Positions 1 to 8,367 of a DNA stretch of 44,653 bases are shown piece after piece. The stretch spans positions 1-44,653 of IMG/VR virus record IMGVR_UViG_3300049926_000041. One strand, written 5' to 3'. Numbering within the stretch: the first letter of the stretch is position 1; each line of letters begins with the position of its first letter. A program made the translations under genes and the position numbers. Below the pieces are notes generated by a model. The model was not told the DNA's origin and did no database searches. It saw only the letters and a program-made list of their open reading frames with translations. Source of the stretch: a virus (Duplodnaviria > Caudoviricetes).

Positions 1-526
1 GGGCGTCGTAGGCAATGTTTCTGATCTTCTCAAGGCGCAACCAGCATACTGCCGAACTATCAACGCCATGTGTCGTATCAATAATTCTCCGCAACACTTC
101 CCGCTCCCCACCAACCGCAGGCGTGGCAGCCTTCGTCTCGTATCCGCATTCGCGCAGGACCCGATCGGAGTGCTCCCGGCTGAGAATGCCGACCGCAGGC
201 GTGGCAGCGAGGGCGGCGATCTGCGCTTCAAGTTCCTCGATCCGGTCCTGACGCGGCTTGGCCACGCTTCCGATCAGCATCGGAATCCGATTGGTGACAA
301 CGCCTTTCGGCTTGTCTCGTATCGACCCATCCTTGGCCATGATGTAGGCCCGGCCGTCAGCGTAGATTTGAAACGCGCTGCCGTCCGCGTATTGAAACCG
401 ATAGGCGTAATCGTCATCCACATCGAACCGTTCATACAGGTCTTCCTGTGCCGGCGTGGTGCCCATGCGGTTGGGCTGGCTGGTCGAGAGGATATCGGCG
501 TGGCAGTCGGGGCAGGTCTTGGTCAT
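1..526 (-). CDS. Hypothetical early-left protein, runs off the window edge (MTKTCPDCHADIL...)
   Basis: Translated by hand; ATGA overlap with 523..717; open to position 1; internal 17-bp repeat at 114-130 and 192-208. Confidence 0.65.
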   Translation of the reverse strand, partial: MTKTCPDCHADILSTSQPNRMGTTPAQEDLYERFDVDDDYAYRFQYADGSAFQIYADGRAYIMAKDGSIRDKPKGVVTNRIPMLIGSVAKPRQDRIEELEAQIAALAATPAVGILSREHSDRVLRECGYETKAATPAVGGEREVLRRIIDTTHGVDSSAVCWLRLEKIRNIAYDA

Positions 527-717
527 GAGGTTGCCTTTTCCGGATCTAATTGAATGGGCGAAACTTGACCGGCCTTATGGTAGGCACATTCCACGATATT
601 AATGCGTGCCGGCACGATCGATTTAACGATCCAATGGTTTCCGTCCGGTCGCGGCGAATGACCCATGCCGCAGTATTTGCAATTGATCTTTTTTGCTTTT
701 GTATCGGTCATCTTCAT
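523..717 (-). CDS. Small hypothetical protein with CxxC
   Basis: ORF track; GAGG RBS; coupled to the downstream gene. Confidence 0.6.
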   Translation of the reverse strand: MKMTDTKAKKINCKYCGMGHSPRPDGNHWIVKSIVPARINIVECAYHKAGQVSPIQLDPEKATS

Positions 718-777
718 TTCCTCAAGCGAGAGCGATGGCGACGAGCGCCAGCAGGTTCTGGAGCATTTGGGCTTCGG

Positions 778-1719
778 TCATGCGGGGGCCTTTAAGGATT
801 CGATGGCGGACATGACCTTCGCGCGTAGTCCGTCGAACGTGCCGTCATCAGGCCACAGAATTTTATCGCGCAATTTTTTCTGATCGTTCCACGTCTTGCC
901 GAGTTGATCGGCGCGCGTCGCGGCCATCATGATTCCGTTCCACTGGTTGACGTATTCGTCGGCGGTCGGAACCGATCCATCCGCCGGCTTGTCCTGAACG
1001 ACAGATGGAGCGGCCGTCCCGCCACGCGCCCATTCTGCAAGGCGCTGGCCGGTCTCGATGCTGATTGGTTCTTTGTCCCGGATGATGCTGGCGAGCTCAG
1101 GGATCGTGTATTTAGTGACGTTCATCCTGTGGTCCTGATCGATCCAGCCGTGAACGAACATCTCGAACAGGATATCATCGGCCTGCTTCGGCTCGAGTAC
1201 GGTGGAGCGCGTCCAGTCGGAACCCTTCTTCTCCATCGGGTACTTTGCGCGCATACAAACGATGACAAGCGGGATCGGCGTCTGCATCAGGCGCAGCATG
1301 AAGTTGCGCTGATGCTCGATCTTTGGCTTCTGCCAGACCAGCACGCCCTTCATGCCCGCTGCTTGGTTGTCCGCAGCCATCGAAAGCACACCGCCGGCGC
1401 CCTCCCATTCATGGCTCGCCGAATCCACGATCAGCGCGTCGAGCTTTGCGCTCTCGGCCGCATCGATCGCTTCGCCGTAGGATTTTGGCGAAAAATCTTT
1501 CCGGATCGGACAGACGAGATAGTCGCCGACGGGTTGACGTCCGACGTTGGCCTCGCCGCGCCCGCCCTCGGTCTCGATCATACCGATGCGGCCGGTGGGA
1601 CCGACAAAGCCGCGGGCGAGTAATAGGGCGCTCCACGTTTTGCCGTTGCCGGATTCGGCGTAGAGGCCGATGAGCGGCTTGGACTCGCTGCGCTTCGCGT
1701 CTCTAAATTGAAATGTCAT
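778..1719 (-). CDS. Sak4-like / AAA_24 P-loop ATPase (single-strand annealing recombinase)
   Basis: Walker A AESGNGKT and Walker B LIVDS; adjacent to an exonuclease. Confidence 0.8.
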   Translation of the reverse strand: MTFQFRDAKRSESKPLIGLYAESGNGKTWSALLLARGFVGPTGRIGMIETEGGRGEANVGRQPVGDYLVCPIRKDFSPKSYGEAIDAAESAKLDALIVDSASHEWEGAGGVLSMAADNQAAGMKGVLVWQKPKIEHQRNFMLRLMQTPIPLVIVCMRAKYPMEKKGSDWTRSTVLEPKQADDILFEMFVHGWIDQDHRMNVTKYTIPELASIIRDKEPISIETGQRLAEWARGGTAAPSVVQDKPADGSVPTADEYVNQWNGIMMAATRADQLGKTWNDQKKLRDKILWPDDGTFDGLRAKVMSAIESLKAPA

Positions 1720-2619
1720 TTAACCCGCCATGATAAGTTTTGGATCTGGTTCGAACTCGCCGCTGATTTCGCGATCAAGCCATTGGCTCTCTTTGAAGCC
1801 TGGGTATTCTGGAACAATCGAGCGAGCCGGATAGCCGAGCCACTTGCCGGTCTTGACCGCGTTGCGCCACAGCGCGATGCCGGCCTCAACCTTCTTGCGC
1901 CCCATTGTTAACCAGTGTTCATCCATGTGCATGATGGAGAGCGCGTGCGGCTTGCCGGTTTCCTGCGCGATGAAGCGAAAGCGCCGACGGCCGGCCCCTG
2001 CAGGATCGAGGATGTTCAGCCCGCGCTCGATGAAAGCCGCTTGGATTTCCCAGCCCGCAGCTTGAGCACGCATCCCGAGCAGGTGCGGCGCAACTGACAT
2101 CGCGGTCGATTTGAAATCGTCCATCGTGCGCAGATCATTGTGCAGCCAATCGATCAGGGATCGGAACCAAATGCCGTCTTCTTCCCAGGCAATCATGACT
2201 TCGGCCGAACCGAATGCGAATGCGTCGTCATCTTCGTGGCGCTGGATTTGATCACGAGCCGCCTTGGACATCTCAAAGGCCTGATCGAATTGGTGTTCGA
2301 GAACGGCGATCTTGCCAACGTCAGCAGCGGCTTCGCGCGCTTCCTGGGCGGCTTTCTTACGCCAGTCGTCGAACTGAATGACCTCGATCTCCTTGCCGCG
2401 GCCGAGCAGCAGAAGGTGCGCGACGTTGCCAAGGTCAAACTTGGTGTCATCATCCGATTCGTAATTCGGATTGAGGCGCGGACAAGCACACCACGCGTGA
2501 TGCGGACTGCGTTCTATTAAAATCTTGACCAAGCTCTGCGTTAAGCTAGGGGAAGGACAGGGGTCCCTACGGTAGTCAGCTTCCGAGACGCCCCTATAAA
2601 TTCCAGGTACGGTGATCAT
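1720..2619 (-). CDS. PD-(D/E)XK exonuclease (RecE/DUF3799-like)
   Basis: PGIY..YRRDP..SLTQS N-terminus, G...H, RSLIDWL, DFKST, Q..F motifs; start MITVPG chosen for ATGA coupling. Confidence 0.8.
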   Translation of the reverse strand: MITVPGIYRGVSEADYRRDPCPSPSLTQSLVKILIERSPHHAWCACPRLNPNYESDDDTKFDLGNVAHLLLLGRGKEIEVIQFDDWRKKAAQEAREAAADVGKIAVLEHQFDQAFEMSKAARDQIQRHEDDDAFAFGSAEVMIAWEEDGIWFRSLIDWLHNDLRTMDDFKSTAMSVAPHLLGMRAQAAGWEIQAAFIERGLNILDPAGAGRRRFRFIAQETGKPHALSIMHMDEHWLTMGRKKVEAGIALWRNAVKTGKWLGYPARSIVPEYPGFKESQWLDREISGEFEPDPKLIMAG

Positions 2620-3215
2620 ATGTGGCTCCAACTCGTGCGACTTTTGATGCTGTAGATGATGGCGCTCTTGACTCCGTAGTCCGCTGCGATTTGGGCGCCG
2701 GACCGCGGGTCACTGCGTATTTCGATAACCTGAGCTTCGGTTAGTTTTGCTCTTCCACTCGTCTCTCCGCGGGCTTGGCGTTCCTTCGCGTCCCTATCAG
2801 CCACGTTGTCATCGCCCGTACCGAGAAACAGATGACTAGGTCGGCAGCAGCGCGGATTGTCGCACTCATGGCAGACCATCATTCCTGCAGGTATTTCGCC
2901 GCGATCCAGCGCGTAGATCACGCGATGAACAAGGGCTTGTCGCTGCTGAAACCTGTGACAGCCGTAGCCGCCCTCGTTGGTGCGACCGGTCCATTCCCAG
3001 CAGCCGGGTCCGCCTCTACGGATTTGCGCCCGGATTATTCGGGCTTGCTCATCGTCACTGCGTCGCTTCGACATCGCGGCACGAACGCGAGCGCACCTGA
3101 TACCGCAATATTTGCCTTTGCCATGGTCGACATCGTTTTGGCGTGGGCGAAACGAAGCCCCGCAGTGAAGGCAATCTCTCGCTGTGGCGAGCGGAAATAC
3201 GTATGGCTTCTTCAT
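2616..3215 (-). CDS. HNH homing-type endonuclease with N-terminal Zn finger
   Basis: CWEWTG..GYG..HR..VCHECDNPRCCRPSHLFLGT..DN..D; C-terminal AKLTEAQVIEIR DNA-binding element. Confidence 0.9.
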   Translation of the reverse strand: MKKPYVFPLATARDCLHCGASFRPRQNDVDHGKGKYCGIRCARVRAAMSKRRSDDEQARIIRAQIRRGGPGCWEWTGRTNEGGYGCHRFQQRQALVHRVIYALDRGEIPAGMMVCHECDNPRCCRPSHLFLGTGDDNVADRDAKERQARGETSGRAKLTEAQVIEIRSDPRSGAQIAADYGVKSAIIYSIKSRTSWSHI

Positions 3216-3424
3216 GCCGCCGCCCTCGCCGTCACAGTCCCAAATTTGCGTCCGGTTCGGATCATGATCATGCGCAGCGCTCCGGTCTGGATCAGCGAGT
3301 GCACGGTGCGCACGTCGTAGAACGGGCCGGTTTTGCTGCGGGCATAGCCTCGGCGGAATGGGGTGAGCGGCTCAATCGTCGCTTCGATCACGCATCGCCT
3401 CTGCATATCGCTGAGCGGCTTCAT
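3212..3424 (-). CDS. Hypothetical protein (MKPLSDMQRR...)
   Basis: ATGA-coupled chain of genes. Confidence 0.6.
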   Translation of the reverse strand: MKPLSDMQRRCVIEATIEPLTPFRRGYARSKTGPFYDVRTVHSLIQTGALRMIMIRTGRKFGTVTARAAA

Positions 3425-3501
3425 GCGCGCCTCATCAGCATCACGCAGACGGCGATCGTGATCACGTCGAGCGACAGCATGATTTGGTCCAGCCATGTCA
3501 T
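3421..3501 (-). CDS. 26-aa hydrophobic peptide (MTWLDQIMLSLDVITIAVCVMLMRRA)
   Basis: Translated by hand; ATGA overlaps at both ends. Confidence 0.5.
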   Translation of the reverse strand: MTWLDQIMLSLDVITIAVCVMLMRRA

Positions 3502-3629
3502 GACGGCAAATTCCCGCTCCAGATCACCGCCAGCATCGCGACCATGCAGATGAACCCGCCGATCGAGAGCAGCTCCAGCGCGTCCGTCCACTCCAGCGTG
3601 CGGAGGTCGGCTTTGATTCGGGAAATCAT
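3498..3629 (-). CDS. 43-aa single-TM protein (MISRIKADLRTLEW...)
   Basis: Translated by hand; ATGA overlaps at both ends; hydrophobic C-terminal half. Confidence 0.55.
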   Translation of the reverse strand: MISRIKADLRTLEWTDALELLSIGGFICMVAMLAVIWSGNLPS

Positions 3630-3874
3630 GCGAACACCAGCCCGCGAGCTTCGCCGATCAGCTCGAGCGTGACGTCATGAACATGCCCGTCGACGATCTC
3701 GTGGATGAACACGACATCTTTGTATTCGCGGGTTTTGAGACGGCTGATGACGTCGGCGCGCGTGATCTCGGGATCCACAACAGCCTCTTGGCCGGCAGAT
3801 CGATAGTCCATCACGCACACGAAGTAATGCGGGGACGCGGTGTGCGGGGCGAGGGGGGAGCAGCGGCACGTCAT
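3626..3874 (-). CDS. Hypothetical protein
   Basis: ORF track; ATGA coupling. Confidence 0.65.
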   Translation of the reverse strand: MTCRCSPLAPHTASPHYFVCVMDYRSAGQEAVVDPEITRADVISRLKTREYKDVVFIHEIVDGHVHDVTLELIGEARGLVFA

Positions 3875-4125
3875 GCGGCACCGCAGATCACATGGAACAC
3901 GCGCGTCTCGGGGATGTCGGCAAAATCGCGAACCCGCGTCTTCGCTTCATACTTGCTGTTGAATTTGGTCGCCGCGTTCGGATCGCCGATCCATGCCAGC
4001 GTCGCGCGTTGCTCGCCGTCCATGCCGATCTGGGCGAACTGGTTGAGGCCCTCGGCAAGCTTGATGACGACTTGCGGTTGGGATGGAAGCTTTGGTTTGC
4101 GGTGCTTGCCGCCGATGGTGACCAT
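3871..4125 (-). CDS. Hypothetical protein, first gene of the early-left operon
   Basis: ORF track; GAGGG RBS; downstream of the OL operators. Confidence 0.65.
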   Translation of the reverse strand: MVTIGGKHRKPKLPSQPQVVIKLAEGLNQFAQIGMDGEQRATLAWIGDPNAATKFNSKYEAKTRVRDFADIPETRVFHVICGAA

Positions 4126-4151
4126 GATGTGACCCTCTGATGAGGATCACA

Positions 4152-4191
4152 GTCAAGCACGCCTTCACATGTCTGTCAAGCGGGGCTTCAC
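4152..4191. promoter_or_regulatory. OL: two 17-bp operators GTCAAGCACGCCTTCAC (4152-4168) and GTCAAGCGGGGCTTCAC (4175-4191), with leftward promoter
   Basis: Same near-palindrome as the OR sites; minus-strand TTGACA at 4174-4179. Confidence 0.8.
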
Positions 4192-4511
4192 GCCTTTTTT
4201 GATGGAGCAGGCATTTCCGCTTCCTGCTGCTGCAGGAATTTGTCCGCCATGACTTCGATGAATTCCCGGTGCTCCGGATTCAGGAGCTTGATTTTGGCTT
4301 CAAGGGCCACCGGAGGCTGGGCGGCGCCATGGAAGTACTCCACGGGCATTCCCAGCTCCCTGGAAAGCCCCTCTATATACGTTCGGGCCTCAGATTGATC
4401 CCGTTCCCACTGCCAAACGAGCTGACGCGTCACGCCCAAGGCGCGTCCGAGCTTTTCCAGGCTCATTTTTTTGGCCGTGCGCGCCCTGCGAATTTTGGTT
4501 CCTAGCGTCAT
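4188..4511 (-). CDS. cI: CI-like XRE HTH repressor (107 aa, no S24 peptidase domain)
   Basis: LGTKIRRARTAKKMSLEKLGRALGVTRQLVWQWE HTH; divergent from cro. Confidence 0.85.
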   Translation of the reverse strand: MTLGTKIRRARTAKKMSLEKLGRALGVTRQLVWQWERDQSEARTYIEGLSRELGMPVEYFHGAAQPPVALEAKIKLLNPEHREFIEVMADKFLQQQEAEMPAPSKKA

Positions 4512-4520
4512 GTCCACAGC

Positions 4521-4584
4521 ATAAAGCACAGCTTGACGCTGTAAATGAAGTGGGTCTTGACTTTGGCGTGAAGCCGTGCTTGAC
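4521..4584. promoter_or_regulatory. OR: three 17-bp operators (4521-4537, 4545-4561, 4568-4584), consensus RTRAAG-N5-CTTGAC
   Basis: ATAAAGCACAGCTTGAC, ATGAAGTGGGTCTTGAC and GTGAAGCCGTGCTTGAC at 23-24 bp spacing between cI and cro. Confidence 0.85.
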
Positions 4585-4593
4585 ATTCCAGCC

Positions 4594-4800
4594 ATGTCAG
4601 ACACACCTTTGGAACGCGCCATCAAGTTCGCCGGCGGGGTGACCAAGCTCGCTGCTTCCTTAAACATCACTAAGCAAGCCGTTGCGCAGTGGGATGAAGT
4701 CCCCCCGCTGCGTGTGCTGGAGGTCGAGCGCGCCTCTGGTGTGCCTCGGCACGAACTTCGGCCTGATCTGTACCCCTTGGAAGATAGGGCATGTTCTTGA
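4594..4800 (+). CDS. cro: Cro/YdaS-family regulator
   Basis: GGVTKLAASLNITKQAVAQW HTH and HELRPDLYP signature. Confidence 0.9.
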   Translation: MSDTPLERAIKFAGGVTKLAASLNITKQAVAQWDEVPPLRVLEVERASGVPRHELRPDLYPLEDRACS

Positions 4801-4972
4801 AACTGAATGATCTTCGCCATTCTGTCGCTCCCCAGCCTTCATTGGCTTGGGCGCAAACAAGCACATCTGTTCGGTTCCGGACAGCCACAAAGAAGACAAC
4901 TTTAGAACTATCCCCGAAATTCCCTCAAACGTTGTATCCGAGCAACATTTCCCGTTCATAGGGGCAGTACTC

Positions 4973-5152
4973 ATGACCATTTCTACACTCGAATTCATAC
5001 TCAAAATACTCGCCTTCTGGACGCTCGCCTCGTTCATCGGAGGCGCAATCCTTTGCTATCTCATCACGGTTTCAAAACGTGGAACCGCGAATCACTTACC
5101 GCCTCTGCCAGAAGGTTCCATCCTTGGCAAGCGACGAACGAGAGCATTTTGA
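4973..5152 (+). CDS. Small membrane protein
   Basis: Hydrophobic stretch ILAFWTLASFIGGAILCYLI; AGGGG RBS. Confidence 0.55.
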   Translation: MTISTLEFILKILAFWTLASFIGGAILCYLITVSKRGTANHLPPLPEGSILGKRRTRAF

Positions 5153-5154
5153 CC

Positions 5155-5319
5155 ATGGCGCAACTCCGTCGCTTCCAACGAAAAATCAGGGCCCTCTCCG
5201 AACAGGGCAAGCCCGGGACGCCATACCGGCATATCGAGATGCGCGCATTTCTAACGAAGCGCGGATGGCAGCTCCGTGGATTCAATCCTACCAAGGGTTG
5301 GAGGCTGTTCGCAAAATGA
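5155..5319 (+). CDS. Small basic hypothetical protein
   Basis: Fills the operon; ATGA-coupled to the next gene. Confidence 0.55.
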   Translation: MAQLRRFQRKIRALSEQGKPGTPYRHIEMRAFLTKRGWQLRGFNPTKGWRLFAK

Positions 5320-5765
5320 GCACGCTTCCCCCATCACCTTTCATGAATTCCGCAATGCCCACTGCGGAATCAGCCGTTCCGTCGGATCTCCCTCCGGTGA
5401 TAGGCGGAACGGCTGCCCCTTTTCGCTCAAACTGCCCGTATTGCGATGGGACTGGCGACGTCCACACCATCGACGGCGAGTGGCGCGGCACATGCGACTG
5501 CAATGAATTCCCTCAAGATCAAGAACCCACCTCGAGCACAGGAGGGCCCCAGGAAGCGCCGGCGGGTAGTGCACCACCGAACAACACTGCCGCACCTGCC
5601 GGCGCTTCGAATTGGTGTCTCACGGAAGCTGATGACGCTTTGTATTGGCAACTCAGACATGCCGACAATCCATTCGAGCGCGATCTTCCCGAACTGCCCG
5701 ACGTCCACGCGTTCTTTGATGAGATCGAACCGACCCCTTCATTTTTGGGGAGGTCGATACGATGA
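5316..5765 (+). CDS. Hypothetical protein with CPYCDGTG..CDC Zn-finger motif
   Basis: ORF track with internal start; coupled at both ends. Confidence 0.55.
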   Translation: MSTLPPSPFMNSAMPTAESAVPSDLPPVIGGTAAPFRSNCPYCDGTGDVHTIDGEWRGTCDCNEFPQDQEPTSSTGGPQEAPAGSAPPNNTAAPAGASNWCLTEADDALYWQLRHADNPFERDLPELPDVHAFFDEIEPTPSFLGRSIR

Positions 5766-6220
5766 AATCCCTTGCCGAAAGATTTGAGAGCAAGACCATC
5801 CCGGAACCGAACAGCGGATGTCTGCTGTGGCTTGGCACTGTCTCATCTAGGGGATACGCCAAAATCTGGATCGGCAAGAAGACGATTTCCGCGAGCCATT
5901 TAGCTTTCAATCTTGCGGGAAAATCAGTCCCGGCAGGAATGCTCGCTTGCCACCACTGCGACAACCCCGTCTGCGTTAACATTGATCACCTGTTTATCGG
6001 CACGCACAAAGACAATTCTGACGATATGTTCGCCAAGGGCCGCGAAAGTATCATCGGCCTTCGAAAGGGTGTGCCTGAAAAGATCAATCGCACGAGTGAA
6101 GAAAAGCGGAAAATTGCCCGAGAAATGCTTGCGCGTGGTGCCGAGCCGAAAACCGCAGCTGCTGTAATAGGCGTCCATCCAGACACCGTCCGAAGATGGA
6201 TTAGAGGGATTCACGCCTGA
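5762..6220 (+). CDS. HNH endonuclease with C-terminal HTH
   Basis: EPNSGCLLW..GYA..ACHHCDNPVCVNIDHLFIGT..DN..DM; AAAVIGVHPDTVRRW. Confidence 0.9.
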   Translation: MKSLAERFESKTIPEPNSGCLLWLGTVSSRGYAKIWIGKKTISASHLAFNLAGKSVPAGMLACHHCDNPVCVNIDHLFIGTHKDNSDDMFAKGRESIIGLRKGVPEKINRTSEEKRKIAREMLARGAEPKTAAAVIGVHPDTVRRWIRGIHA

Positions 6221-6627
6221 TGGATGCTCCCAGCACATCATTCGCGGATCCGCCGTTCGCTTGCCCGCCGGACGTGGTGATCGATTTGCCGGCGCCGATC
6301 TCTGTCAATGCTGTGCGGCGCGTCGACTGGTCATCCATGGCGCGCACTTCGCAATGGAAGGGCGCCGCAGACGCCTACATTTATCAGGCCAAGTGCCGGC
6401 GCGATAACCCGCTGAAGCTGGAAAACATCCAGCGCTTTGAAATCACGATCACCTTCGATGAGAACCAGACCGGCATCGACCTGGACAACGGCGTCAAGGG
6501 AATTCTGGATTATCTCGTCGACCGCGAAGTGATCGAGGACGACGGCCCGAAGCACATGCGCAAGCTCACGGTCACTTGGGGCGAGGCTCCAGAGGGTACC
6601 CGCGTCACCGTGAGACCCTGCGAATGA
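6220..6627 (+). CDS. rusA: RusA-like Holliday junction resolvase
   Basis: LPAPISVN; DLDNGVKGILDYL..VIEDD catalytic motif. Confidence 0.8.
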   Translation: MDAPSTSFADPPFACPPDVVIDLPAPISVNAVRRVDWSSMARTSQWKGAADAYIYQAKCRRDNPLKLENIQRFEITITFDENQTGIDLDNGVKGILDYLVDREVIEDDGPKHMRKLTVTWGEAPEGTRVTVRPCE

Positions 6628-7229
6628 GCTTGATCGGACCCCTACGCGGACCCCTACGCGGACCGCTGCGGAAACGCGAGAGCAGCCTTTGGGCGCGCGA
6701 AGTCGATGACTGGTACGTCGAACCCGAATGGTGTTCGCTGCGGCTGTTCGAGGAAGAGAAATTCGAGGGTGCGATCTGCGATCCATGTTGCGGCCGCGGC
6801 AGCATCGTGATTTCCGCGATCAAGTCCGGCCTTGTCGCCGTCGGCTCGGATCTTGTCGACCGCGGTTGGGACAGCACGGCCACGCCATCCAATTTCCTCG
6901 ACAGTCTGCATCGCCGCGACAATTTCGTGTGCAACCCGCCGTTCGGAATCGCCGAGAAGTTTGTCGAGCATGCCCTGAAGCTGTCTCACCGCAAGGTCGC
7001 CATGCTGCTGCCCGCCAATTGGGTGCAGGGCGACAAGCGCTCACGCTGGCTCGCTGAGACCCCGCTGCGCCGCGTCTGGTTCATCACGCCGCGCCCTTCA
7101 ATGCCGCCCGGGCACATCCTGGCGGGCGGCGGCAAGCCCGGCAACGGCACAACCGACTACGCATGGTTCGTCTGGCTGCGTGGCTATGACGGCGCTCCAG
7201 AGGTCCGCTGGCTCAGGAGGGACGCATGA
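6624..7229 (+). CDS. DNA N6-adenine/N4-cytosine methyltransferase
   Basis: DWYVEP, DPCCGRG (motif I), CNPPF (motif IV), YAWFVW. Confidence 0.85.
   Translation: MSLIGPLRGPLRGPLRKRESSLWAREVDDWYVEPEWCSLRLFEEEKFEGAICDPCCGRGSIVISAIKSGLVAVGSDLVDRGWDSTATPSNFLDSLHRRDNFVCNPPFGIAEKFVEHALKLSHRKVAMLLPANWVQGDKRSRWLAETPLRRVWFITPRPSMPPGHILAGGGKPGNGTTDYAWFVWLRGYDGAPEVRWLRRDA
6637..6672 (+). repeat. 12-bp tandem repeat x3 encoding GPLR
   Basis: ggacccctacgc ggacccctacgc ggaccgctgcgg. Confidence 0.85.
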
Positions 7230-7396
7230 CCCGCCAACCCCTCAGCCCCGAGGCCAAAGCCGCAGCCATCGCGCGGCTCAACGAAGCCATGCGCAAGGCG
7301 TGCGAGCGGATGGAGCGGGGGAAGGCTGAGCGGGATGCGGACGAACTGGCGCGCGCGATGGTGCGGCTCTGCGACGAGATGGGAGCCAACGTTTGA
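7226..7396 (+). CDS. 56-aa hypothetical protein (MTRQPLSPEAKAAAIARL...)
   Basis: Translated by hand; AGGAGG RBS; ATGA overlap. Confidence 0.6.
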   Translation: MTRQPLSPEAKAAAIARLNEAMRKACERMERGKAERDADELARAMVRLCDEMGANV

Positions 7397-7399
7397 TGA

Positions 7400-7690
7400 T
7401 CTGAACGCACGCCGGAGAGACCAGGGTGATCCTGAACAGTGGCGGCGAGCGTAAATGGAACTACCACGGGGTCCGACCCAGTTCCAACCCGGTCCGAAAG
7501 GCGCGAGGGTTTAGGTCGGCGCGGAGAGCAAAATCCGCGACAAGTCGGCGCCAATCTAATCCGCATGCTCGCGCGATTAGGGTCCGAAGCGACAACCTGG
7601 CTCCAGCCGGCACGTACGCTAAGGGCACGGACCAACCTCACTTCGGTGGGGTTGGTCGTCCTGTGTCCTTCGCTCCTCCCTTCACCAGCC
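7400..7690 (+). ncRNA. Putative highly structured non-coding RNA or ssDNA element upstream of the initiator gene
   Basis: About seven consecutive stems, including GACCAACCTCAC-TTCG-GTGGGGTTGGTC (cUUCGg) and CC-GAAA-GG (GNRA). Confidence 0.55.
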
Positions 7691-7725
7691 GGCACGCGGA
7701 TGCAGATAAGCGAAAAGAGATTTGA

Positions 7726-8367
7726 ATGAAGATCGATTTGGAAATGTTGGAAGCGATGGTGGCAAGCGGAGCCACGGGAGCAATGGTTTTGAGCATGGTC
7801 AGGATCCAATGTGAGCGATATGAGGCTGCCCGGGCTGCTCGCCGGCCCATCGAGGCCGCAAGTAAGCGTCGGACACGCGGTGGACCGAAGCGGACATCGG
7901 TGGAAGCTGGTGGACATGATGTGCACACGAGTGGACATCAGGTGGACAAACCATTCGATGAGTTCTGGAAGGCTTACCCGCGCCGGCATGGATCGAACCC
8001 ACGGGCGCCAGCCGAGAAGTTATTCCTGATCGCGTTGAAAGCCGGCAACAAGCCAGACGACATCATCGCTGGGGCGCGCGCGTTTGCGATCGCGGAATCG
8101 GCAAAGGTCGGTAGCGAGTTCATTCCCCAAACGGTGAAGTGGCTGCGCAACCGCTGTTGGGAAGACTATCGCCCCGGCCTGACGGCTGCCGCCGTGACGG
8201 CTGTAATGGACTGGGACAAAATCCTGACCTCGTACAAACAGTTCGGCCATTGGTCGAGATATGCCGGTCCTGACCCTGATTCCCCCGCATGCCTATGTCC
8301 GAAGGAAATGCTTGCGAAATATGGGTTTATGGCCGATTCGCAGCCGTCCGAAATGGGTGTCCAATGA
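7726..8367 (+). CDS. Replication initiator / replisome-organiser-like protein
   Basis: FDEFWKAYPRR...WLRNRCWED C-terminal domain typical of phage initiators; internal iteron-like repeats. Confidence 0.7.
   Translation: MKIDLEMLEAMVASGATGAMVLSMVRIQCERYEAARAARRPIEAASKRRTRGGPKRTSVEAGGHDVHTSGHQVDKPFDEFWKAYPRRHGSNPRAPAEKLFLIALKAGNKPDDIIAGARAFAIAESAKVGSEFIPQTVKWLRNRCWEDYRPGLTAAAVTAVMDWDKILTSYKQFGHWSRYAGPDPDSPACLCPKEMLAKYGFMADSQPSEMGVQ
7869..7949 (+). repeat. Iteron-like array (about 8 copies of GTGGACA-like units at ~10-11 bp period); candidate origin
   Basis: cggaca, gtggacc, gcggaca, gtggaag, gtggaca, gtgcaca, gtggaca, gtggaca inside the initiator gene, as in lambda O. Confidence 0.65.

Noticed and set aside
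4188-4820. 210-aa version of the repressor
   Set aside because: The extension is antisense to cro and crosses the operators; the HTH begins at 4511.
7426-7729. ORFs 7426..7725 and 7439..7729 as real genes
   Set aside because: Non-ATG starts, no RBS and atypical composition; the region is better explained by secondary structure.
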